Positions 34,579-41,954 of a DNA stretch of 41,954 bases are shown here, piece by piece. The DNA comes from Patescibacteria group bacterium (GTDB lineage: Bacteria; Patescibacteriota; Minisyncoccia; Minisyncoccales; Staskawiczbacteraceae). Under the pieces are notes generated by a model, which searched no databases, was not told the origin of the DNA, and saw only the letters and a program-made list of their open reading frames with translations. Position 1 is the stretch's first letter. Every line of letters begins with the position of its first letter. The position numbers were made by a program, and so were the translations under genes. The stretch is taken from positions 3,218 to 45,171 of the forward strand of contig JBBTQJ010000015.1 in the NCBI GenBank assembly GCA_038065755.1, given 5' to 3'.

Positions 34579-36009
34579 TTAAATTCTAGGAAAAATAGCT
34601 GTCTGGTTTTTGGATTCAATTGCTTGTTTAATTTTTTCTGAAGTTGCGGGCAAAAATGGCAATAATAAATCTGCAACATTCTGCAAAACAAAAAGAGAAT
34701 CAAAAACAACTTGTTTGGCGTTTTCTTTTCCCTCCCACGGTCTGCCGTCGTTTATATATTTGTCGCAAAATCCTATCAGCTCCCAAATTGATTTTAAAGC
34801 TTCATTGAATTTAAAATCTTTTAAATGTTTTTCGCATTCTTTTTTTGTTTTGCCTGCGGATTTTTTAATTTTTAAAGAGGGTTTTCCTTTTGAAACATTT
34901 AACTTCTTGGCCAAGGCAACTGTTCTGGAAACAAGATTGCCTATTCCTCCCGCTAAATCAGAATTATATCTTTGTTCAAATTTTTCATAAGTAAAATCGC
35001 CGTCCTCTGTTGAAGGAATTTCTCTTAAAAGATAATAACGCACCGCATCTGCGCCATATTTTTTTACCAGTTCAAACGGATCAATAACATTGCCTAATGA
35101 TTTTGACATTTTTTGTCCGCCGACATTGATGAATCCGTGAACAAAAATCAACTTGGGAAGCTCCAACCCGGCAGACAAAAGCATTGCCGGCCAAAAAATA
35201 CAATGAAATTTTATAATATCTTTGCCTATGCAATGCGCATTTGCCGGCCAATATTTTTTAAATTTTTTATCGTTGTCTGCGTATCCAATAGCTGATATAT
35301 AGTTTGGAAGAGCGTCCTGCCAAACATAAAAAACCTGGCTGTTGTCTCCCGGAACAGGCCACCCCCAGTATTTTTCTTTTGCTCTTGAAAAGCTGACGTC
35401 TTCCATACCCGCCTTAATCATTCCTAATATCTCATTTTTTTTTGATTCTGGAATAATTTTTATCTTGTCTTTTTCAACAATTTTTCGGATTTTAGGAAGA
35501 TATTTTGAAAGCTTAAAAAAATAATTTTCCTCTTCTATTTTTTCAACCTCTTTTTGATGAATGACGCATTTATTATCAACCAGTTCTTTTTGAGTTTTAA
35601 AAGCTTCGCATCCTTGGCAATAAAGACCCTTATATTTCTTTTTATAAATATCGCCTTCTTTCTTGTATTTTTCCCATAATTTATAAACTGCCCTCATGTG
35701 CCTTATTTTATCGGTTGTTCTAATAAAATCATCGTTTGATAAATTTAACAGTGTTTTTAAGTCCCTGAATTTTTGTGAAATTTCGTCTGCATAAATATTC
35801 GGATCTTTTCCGGCTGTTTCAGCTGCCTTTAATGTTTTTTGGCCGTGTTCGTCTGTGCCGGTTAAAAAAAATACGTCTTCGCCCAAAACCCTGTGATGGC
35901 GCGCCAAAACATCTACCTGAATTAATTCTAAAACATGGCCTATGTGTGGAGGCGCATTTGTATAAGGAATACTGGTTGTAATATAGAATTTTTTCTTTTT
36001 ATCTGTCAT
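34579..36009 (-). CDS. metG: Methionine--tRNA ligase (short form, likely start MTDKKKKFYIT)
   Basis: PYTN..PHIGH, TGTDEHGQK, YVWQDAL.NY, GKDIIKFH, KMSKS. Confidence 0.97.
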   Translation of the reverse strand: MTDKKKKFYITTSIPYTNAPPHIGHVLELIQVDVLARHHRVLGEDVFFLTGTDEHGQKTLKAAETAGKDPNIYADEISQKFRDLKTLLNLSNDDFIRTTDKIRHMRAVYKLWEKYKKEGDIYKKKYKGLYCQGCEAFKTQKELVDNKCVIHQKEVEKIEEENYFFKLSKYLPKIRKIVEKDKIKIIPESKKNEILGMIKAGMEDVSFSRAKEKYWGWPVPGDNSQVFYVWQDALPNYISAIGYADNDKKFKKYWPANAHCIGKDIIKFHCIFWPAMLLSAGLELPKLIFVHGFINVGGQKMSKSLGNVIDPFELVKKYGADAVRYYLLREIPSTEDGDFTYEKFEQRYNSDLAGGIGNLVSRTVALAKKLNVSKGKPSLKIKKSAGKTKKECEKHLKDFKFNEALKSIWELIGFCDKYINDGRPWEGKENAKQVVFDSLFVLQNVADLLLPFLPATSEKIKQAIESKNQTAIFPRI

Positions 36010-36051
36010 AATATAATTATTAAATTTTATCATAAATTTAAACAATTTTCC

Positions 36052-36534
36052 ATGATAATAATTCCTCATCTTGTTTTTGGAGCAGCTATCGGATCTTTAA
36101 TTAAAAATCCCTTTTTGGCTGTTGCTGTGGCATTTCTAGGCCATTATTTTTTAGACCTGATTCCCCATAATGAATACTCTATTGAAAATATCAAAAAAAA
36201 GCAATGGCATAAGGCTTTTCCTGATATTTTAAAGGCTTTGGCGGATTTTTTAATTGGAATTTTTCTTATTTTTATATTTTCTGGGAACCAGCCCATTGTT
36301 TATGTATGCGCTTTTTTTGCTGTTTTAAGCGACGGACTGAACCTGTTGGTTTTATTTTATCCAAATAAAATTTTAGAAGCGCACAGTAATTTTCACCACG
36401 AAAAAATACATTTTTTAAGCAATAAAAACCCCGCAGACATAGTTGGACGGGGCGGAAAAAAAATTTCTTTTTTTTTAAGAACATCTACCCAGATAACAAC
36501 AGTTATTATATCTATTGTTTTGATGGCTAAATAA
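36052..36534 (+). CDS. Hypothetical membrane protein with His/Asp cluster (possible metal-dependent hydrolase)
   Basis: PHLVFG, GHYFLDLIPH, SD, HSNFHH motifs in hydrophobic helices; start at ATG 36052 avoids overlap with metG. Confidence 0.7.
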   Translation: MIIIPHLVFGAAIGSLIKNPFLAVAVAFLGHYFLDLIPHNEYSIENIKKKQWHKAFPDILKALADFLIGIFLIFIFSGNQPIVYVCAFFAVLSDGLNLLVLFYPNKILEAHSNFHHEKIHFLSNKNPADIVGRGGKKISFFLRTSTQITTVIISIVLMAK

Positions 36535-36549
36535 TTAATTTATGGCAAA

Positions 36550-37581
36550 TTATTCCGGCTGCGGTTCATCTTCCCTTCTTTTTTCTAAAAATTCTTTAAG
36601 AAACTCATAAACAATGGCAAACACCGGCACTGCAAAAATTGTGCCCAAAAAACCAAATACCTGCGCCCCTATTAACAATGAAATTAAAACTAAAACCGGA
36701 GGCAGGTTTATCATCTTTTTCATTAGCACCGGGGTTAAAAGATTATTTTCAATAGTTTGAATAGCGGCTATAGAAATTAAAACATAAAATAAGGTTATCC
36801 AAGAATTTGACGAAACAACAATAAACACAATTAATAAAATACTGGTTACCAATGGGCCTATATATGGCACAAAATTTAAAACTCCGGAAAGCAAGGCAAG
36901 CATAAAGGCGTATTTTACTGAAAACATATAAAAAATAATAAAAGAAGCCACTCCGATAAAAAAACAGGATAAAATTCTTGCGCCAAACCATCCTGCCACT
37001 TTTTTTTGAGACCTTTCAAAAAGCGCGATTATATATTCTTCGTATTTTTTGGGAGCTAAAAGGACCAAAACCTTTTCCGTCCCTTTTTCTTCTAATGACA
37101 GAAAAAATGCAAGAGCTAAAATAAAAACGGCCGAAGAAACTCCGCCAAAAAAAGCGGCTACGGCCGAAATGATGCCGGTGGAACTTTTTTCCAGGCCTTT
37201 TGTTAAAATTTTTGTGAAGTCGCTGAAGATATGCGCCAAGTCAACTCCGAATTGTTTTAAAAGGGGGTCTATTTTTTCAAGATAATCGGGCAAGTATTGT
37301 GAAAATTGTTTCAATTCAAAGATAAAAATGGGTGCTGTCAAATAGATTAAAAGCCCCAAAAAACCAAAAAAAGACAAATATATCATAGCCATAGCTATAA
37401 TTTTAGGTATGCGGATCCACCTTAAAAAATTGATCGCCGGTTCCAGCAAAACAGAAATAATAAGGGCAAAAAAGAACCAAAAAACTATGTCTTTGGCTAA
37501 ATAAATAATATATAAAACAAAAATTGCTATAAAAATTTTAATTATAGTTTTTATTGAAATATCTAACGTGTGTTCGCTCAT
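36550..37581 (-). CDS. AI-2E family transporter
   Basis: Multi-pass; NFVPYIGP, QTIENNLLTP, L.P...LISLLIG...G.LG..FAVP. Confidence 0.92.
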   Translation of the reverse strand: MSEHTLDISIKTIIKIFIAIFVLYIIYLAKDIVFWFFFALIISVLLEPAINFLRWIRIPKIIAMAMIYLSFFGFLGLLIYLTAPIFIFELKQFSQYLPDYLEKIDPLLKQFGVDLAHIFSDFTKILTKGLEKSSTGIISAVAAFFGGVSSAVFILALAFFLSLEEKGTEKVLVLLAPKKYEEYIIALFERSQKKVAGWFGARILSCFFIGVASFIIFYMFSVKYAFMLALLSGVLNFVPYIGPLVTSILLIVFIVVSSNSWITLFYVLISIAAIQTIENNLLTPVLMKKMINLPPVLVLISLLIGAQVFGFLGTIFAVPVFAIVYEFLKEFLEKRREDEPQPE

Positions 37582-37583
37582 AA

Positions 37584-38855
37584 TTATATTTTTAAGATTT
37601 TTTCAAGCTTATATTTATCTTTTTTTTCAAACGGGCCTATTACGGCCAAATTTAATTTTTCTTGCAAAAATATATCATTTGCTACTTTATTTATATCACT
37701 TATTGAAACTTCGTCAATCTTTTTAAATTTTTCTTCTGCTGTCAGGATGTTTTCTTCCAATAATTCCTGCAGAGAATAAAAAGAGGCCAGGCTGTCTGAA
37801 GAATCTAACGAAAGAGACATGGTTCCTTTTAAATAATCTTTTGCTTTTTGCAATTCTTTTTCTGAAACTTTTTTATCTTTTAAATCTTTGTACTCTTTTA
37901 AAATAATTTTTATTGATTTTTCCAAATTTTTATGGTCTATTCCGGCCTGTGTCACCAAATATCCATTGTCCGTGGCAAGATCAGATGAGGTGTGAATAGA
38001 ATAAGCCAAACCGCTCCTTTCCCTGACTTTTATAAAAAGGCGGGAACTCATATTGCCCCCTAAAATAATTGATAACAAAACCAAAGCATACCTTTTTTGA
38101 CTAAATATATTATATGCCCTTGCGCCCAAACAAAAATGAGTTTGGTCTGTTTTTTTGTAATAAATTAATAATTCCGGTTTCTTTTGTTCTTCTTTAACTT
38201 TTGCTTTCAAGGCGGTGTTCCTGTTTTCAATATTTTTAAAACAATCTTGTATCTCTGATTCAATTTTGGCTTGATTAATTCCTCCGGCAACACAAATAAT
38301 TGTATTTTTAGAAGAATAGTGATTTTTATAATAATCTAAAACTTTCTGTCTGTTAAAACTTAATATATTATCTTTTTCTCCTATAACCTTCCATCCGGCC
38401 GGCTGGTCTTTATAAAGCAGTTCTTCAAAAAGATCTCCTATGTAGGCTGTTGGCGTATCCAAATACATATTAATTTCTTCTATTATCACCCCCTTTTCCC
38501 TTTCTATTTCTTTTTCGTCAAACTTGGAGTTTAAAAATATATCAGATATCCAGTCTAGGGCGACATCTTTGTGCTTTTTATCCACCTTTGCCCAAAAACC
38601 GGTAACTTCTTTTGAAGTAAAAGCATTATATTCGCCGCCAACCATATCTAAAGTTTCGGCAATTTTCAAAGTATTAAACCTTTTCTTCGTTCCTTTAAAA
38701 AACATATGCTCTAAAAAATGAGAAATGCCGTTTATATTTTTTGTTTCGTATTTAGATCCTGCGCCAACCAAAAGCAAAACAGTAACACTGTTAGAGTTTT
38801 CCATAGGAACAGTAATAATTCTTAACCCGTTTTTTAATGTTGTTTTTTTATACAT
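37584..38855 (-). CDS. M16-family zinc peptidase
   Basis: L.NGL, GISHFLEHMFFKGT (HxxEH), NAFTS, SSRLF..VRE..GLAY. Confidence 0.95.
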   Translation of the reverse strand: MYKKTTLKNGLRIITVPMENSNSVTVLLLVGAGSKYETKNINGISHFLEHMFFKGTKKRFNTLKIAETLDMVGGEYNAFTSKEVTGFWAKVDKKHKDVALDWISDIFLNSKFDEKEIEREKGVIIEEINMYLDTPTAYIGDLFEELLYKDQPAGWKVIGEKDNILSFNRQKVLDYYKNHYSSKNTIICVAGGINQAKIESEIQDCFKNIENRNTALKAKVKEEQKKPELLIYYKKTDQTHFCLGARAYNIFSQKRYALVLLSIILGGNMSSRLFIKVRERSGLAYSIHTSSDLATDNGYLVTQAGIDHKNLEKSIKIILKEYKDLKDKKVSEKELQKAKDYLKGTMSLSLDSSDSLASFYSLQELLEENILTAEEKFKKIDEVSISDINKVANDIFLQEKLNLAVIGPFEKKDKYKLEKILKI

Positions 38856-38875
38856 AGATTATTTATAATTTAAGT

Positions 38876-39463
38876 TTAAGATTTATTTATAATAAAAATC
38901 CCCCCGTACCTTAATTTAGCATATAACAAAAAGGGATAAAAAAACGGAGTGGCAAACCCCACCTTAAATAATTGACAGGAAAGTCCTTTTTTTTCAGTTA
39001 ATTCTATAATTTGTTGAGGAAAATAGTCCCTAAAATGCCCATTAAAAATTACATTGTTTATGCCAATTATTTTCCGAAAAAAATTAATAATCGTAAAAAA
39101 GGCCTTGTTTTCCGTTGTCGGCACTGAAATAATGACTTTCTTTTTTGCCACCCTAACAAGTTCGTTGAGAGCCTCCTCCCAATTACCAATGTGCTCTAAA
39201 ACATCAAGACATAAAACTACATCAAAAGAGGATTCTTTAAATCCCGTGTTCCTAATATCTCCCTTAATAATGTTCTCGTTCCAAGAGTTATCAATGTCAA
39301 TTCCTGTCACTTTATAGTTTTTAGAGAGTTGTAAAAAAACATATTGGTGGTGTTCATTGCCGCAGCCCGCGTCTAAAACACTGTCCTCTTTTTTTATATG
39401 TTTTAAAATTACCCCTAATTTTCTATCGCAATACTTTTCGTAATTATGAGAAAAAATTGGCAT
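38876..39463 (-). CDS. Class I SAM-dependent methyltransferase
   Basis: VLDAGCG, GIDI, FDVVLCLDVLEH. Confidence 0.9.
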   Translation of the reverse strand: MPIFSHNYEKYCDRKLGVILKHIKKEDSVLDAGCGNEHHQYVFLQLSKNYKVTGIDIDNSWNENIIKGDIRNTGFKESSFDVVLCLDVLEHIGNWEEALNELVRVAKKKVIISVPTTENKAFFTIINFFRKIIGINNVIFNGHFRDYFPQQIIELTEKKGLSCQLFKVGFATPFFYPFLLYAKLRYGGIFIINKS

Positions 39464-39498
39464 GATGATTAATTGTTATTCTTTATTATCTATTTTTG

Positions 39499-40197
39499 TT
39501 ATTTTTTAAAATATTCTTCTGCGATTTTTTTGTCTTTTTTAAAAAAAGACGCAATTTTCCATTTAATCCAGAACAGAAATGTTTTTAAATAACCTTTTTC
39601 TTCAAATCTCCGCAAAGAAATAGCGGCATAACAATTTCTAAAAAGTTTGTATTTTACGCCAAGGGTAGTTGCTCTTTTAATGAAATCTTGGAACTCGGCA
39701 ACTTTTTTTGTCTGATTAAAACCGTTAACTTTTAAAAAAATATCCCGGTGACAGAAAAAAACGCCGCCTATTACTCCTTTATATATTCTTAAAATATGAA
39801 TCCAGTTTTTAAAAAGGAAAAAAAGTTTTCCCTTAAAGTTATCTTTGTCCGCCTTACCTAAACAAGTGCCAAACGTATTTTTTTTAAGATCTTCTGTAAT
39901 TTTTTTTATTGCCCCGTTTAAAAGCTGGCTATCAGCATCTAAAAAGACAAAAATGTCTCCTTCGGATATTTTTACTCCTTCGTTTCTTGCTTTAGCGGGA
40001 CACATTGGTTCTGGAAAATTTAATGTTTTATCCGCATATCTTTTTGCTATTTCAAATGTTGCGTCTTCAGAACCATTAACAACCACAATTATTTCCATCA
40101 ACTCATATTTTTGAACCATTAACGACTCAATTGCTTTTTGAATGTATTTTTCTTCGTTGCGCGCAGGTATTATTATTGAAACTTTTTTATTGTTCAT
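39499..40197 (-). CDS. Glycosyltransferase family 2
   Basis: SIIIPARNEE, ARNEG, FLDAD. Confidence 0.92.
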   Translation of the reverse strand: MNNKKVSIIIPARNEEKYIQKAIESLMVQKYELMEIIVVVNGSEDATFEIAKRYADKTLNFPEPMCPAKARNEGVKISEGDIFVFLDADSQLLNGAIKKITEDLKKNTFGTCLGKADKDNFKGKLFFLFKNWIHILRIYKGVIGGVFFCHRDIFLKVNGFNQTKKVAEFQDFIKRATTLGVKYKLFRNCYAAISLRRFEEKGYLKTFLFWIKWKIASFFKKDKKIAEEYFKK

Positions 40198-40208
40198 TTA
40201 AAAATTTA

Positions 40209-40853
40209 TTATTTTTTGTTCACAAAAATTCCCTTGCAGATTGACGGCAAAAAAAATATCTTACGCAACACATTCGCCGGATAATCTACCCCTCCATTAT
40301 ACTTTTTCACTAATTTATATCTATTGTCAAATTGCGTTATATTAAAGGGTCGGAATTCACCATTGCGTATATCTGTGCTGCTGGGTAAAAATTTTTGTCT
40401 ATCATAATTATCATAAATACTGCTTTGAATAATAACGTGAGGAAAAACAGAAATTTTAGAAAGAATACGGCACGCATCCCGATTGCAAAGATGTTGCAGG
40501 ACCTCTTTTAAAATCACAAGGTCGCCTTTCGGTAATTCGTCATTGACAGCATCAATGTGCAGGAATTCTCTATTCGCGGAAGCAAACTTTGCTTTGGTCT
40601 TTTTAAGGATATAGTCGGACACATCACACCCGATGTATTTTTTATTCCCTAAGTTTAAATGCCTTCCAATTTGCCAATCGCCGCAACCGATATCCACCAC
40701 AGTGTTGATATCGGAGTGACTTTCTAAAAACTGATTAGTGAATTCAACAAACGGCTTATTTAAAATGAAAATGGCGCCCGTGCCAGACCCAAAACCCCAT
40801 CCGTGAAAAATATATTTGTTGTTGAAAATCCTCCTATTATTGTCTTCAATCAT
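40209..40853 (-). CDS. Class I SAM-dependent methyltransferase
   Basis: GSGTG, VVDIGCGDW, YIGCDVS, KEVLQHL. Confidence 0.87.
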   Translation of the reverse strand: MIEDNNRRIFNNKYIFHGWGFGSGTGAIFILNKPFVEFTNQFLESHSDINTVVDIGCGDWQIGRHLNLGNKKYIGCDVSDYILKKTKAKFASANREFLHIDAVNDELPKGDLVILKEVLQHLCNRDACRILSKISVFPHVIIQSSIYDNYDRQKFLPSSTDIRNGEFRPFNITQFDNRYKLVKKYNGGVDYPANVLRKIFFLPSICKGIFVNKK

Positions 40854-41066
40854 ATGTTTATTTTGTTAGGGCTATAGACTAGATAAACCAGCCAAAGCGG
40901 CCGATTAATAATATTTTTTAATAATTTTCCACAGTTCTTTTTCAAGTATAACATTTTTTTTCGTACCGCCGCTCGCATTCCTTTAAATGATTTTAGTTTA
41001 CAACAATTTTATTTTTTAAATTTAATTTCGTAATTCAAAGTAATTTTATTTTTGGTTTAACGCGGC

Positions 41067-41086
41067 TTTTTCACTCGAGTGAAAAA
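41067..41086. repeat. Perfect 20-bp palindrome
   Basis: tttttcactc|gagtgaaaaa, 24 bp downstream of the last ORF. Confidence 0.7.
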
Positions 41087-41110
41087 AACATCCTTTTTTT
41101 ACCTATTTTT

Positions 41111-41938
41111 TTACTTTCTGTCGCCAAAAAGCCTGCGGAATAATCCTTCTTTACGGGATTTTTCAGCCCCTTCGGTAATATTTATATTTTGAGTTTGGTC
41201 TTCTTTTTTATCCTCATTTACGCTCATCCACCCTTCAATAACTTCCGCCTCTTTCCCGCCATGCCTTTTTGCAATTTCTGTTATTTGTTTTTCATCTTCT
41301 TGAAGCTGTTTTTGAATTTCAATTCGTAATTCTTCCCCCCTCATATTTATAACCTTTTTCCAATCCACCGTTTTAGTTCCACACCCCTTTGTTGTACATA
41401 ACCCAGCTTCAATTAAAAATTCTACAGCTTCATTTTCTCGAACCTCTGCCGAATCGTTCATCTCGTTAGTTATTATCGGAACTACTTCTAATAAGGGTGC
41501 TAAATTTTCAAGCACTATTTCTCTTTTTCTCCTTTTTGTTAAATAATTATTTTCTCCAAGTTTATCAATTAAATCTTTTAATCTTTCATCTTTTTCAAAA
41601 AATTCACTCAATTCTAATGTATCGGCTAATTTATCGGCAGAATATGAATAATCTGTAAAACCGCCTCGTTGTATTTTTTGTTCTTTTACAAAATTATCAA
41701 ATATTTTTTGATAATCTTTTTTCTCCCATAAATTTTCTTCTTCAAATTTTTCACCGACCTCTTGCCTTGTAAGTGCTAATTTTTCTGCATCATCCTTAAT
41801 AGAATTTTGCTTCCATTTTTCTAATTCTTCTACTCGTCGTTGCTCTTCTTCTGGCGATATAGTATTCTCGCTAATCGTTTGCTCTTGTTGCGGAGTTTCT
41901 TCTTCGGGCTCCGCAGTACCCATTTCTGGATTAAACAT
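41111..41938 (-). CDS. Hypothetical acidic, helical protein
   Basis: 275-aa ORF, Glu/Pro-rich N-terminus, ends GLFRRLFGDRK. Confidence 0.78.
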   Translation of the reverse strand: MFNPEMGTAEPEEETPQQEQTISENTISPEEEQRRVEELEKWKQNSIKDDAEKLALTRQEVGEKFEEENLWEKKDYQKIFDNFVKEQKIQRGGFTDYSYSADKLADTLELSEFFEKDERLKDLIDKLGENNYLTKRRKREIVLENLAPLLEVVPIITNEMNDSAEVRENEAVEFLIEAGLCTTKGCGTKTVDWKKVINMRGEELRIEIQKQLQEDEKQITEIAKRHGGKEAEVIEGWMSVNEDKKEDQTQNINITEGAEKSRKEGLFRRLFGDRK

Positions 41939-41954
41939 ATTTTTAAAAATTAAT

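Noticed and set aside
11-40114. Numerous short antisense ORFs (Phe/Ile/Ser-rich) in the ORF track
   Set aside because: They are shadows of Lys/Glu-rich genes on the opposite strand and carry no motifs.
1-41954. Prophage, integrase, transposase, reverse transcriptase or alternative genetic code
   Set aside because: No such ORFs were recognised; genes are full-length under code 11 and TGA terminates e.g. nrdG.

Overview
AT-rich, gene-dense bacterial chromosome segment using the standard code (TGA is a stop). The compact Mfd, tailless FtsZ, PaaX/Cas2-like gene and acidic orphans suggest a Patescibacteria/CPR (Parcubacteria-like) genome, which is an inference. Most of it is housekeeping: nrdD/nrdG, ftsZ/ftsA, ybeY, rpsU, hisS, lepB, pth, mfd, topA, rel, tRNA-Leu(CAA), uppP, glyA, sua5, iorA/B, leuS, tatD, metG and an M16 peptidase, plus two type II toxin-antitoxin pairs. 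The most notable signal is a dense set of non-autonomous palindromic elements with no transposase in the window. (1) Two 160-bp AGACC...GGTCT elements show multiple compensatory base-pair changes, and a 94-bp relative and a 64-bp CCCCGTTAGAAA element also occur; all lie at or just after stop codons, most with 3-bp flanking duplications. (2) At least eight 18-35 bp hairpins sit in frame inside proteins (FtsZ, LepB, Pth, Sua5, NTP-transferase, IorA twice, a membrane protein). (3) A PaaX/Cas2-like gene is bracketed by a pair of GCGATCGC-centred palindromes. Also seen: stand-alone GC-richer cassettes (csrA and two orphans) with consensus promoters, two with boxA-like leaders, a candidate structured sRNA upstream of a Panacea TA operon, and a candidate ADP-ribosyltransferase-fold orphan.
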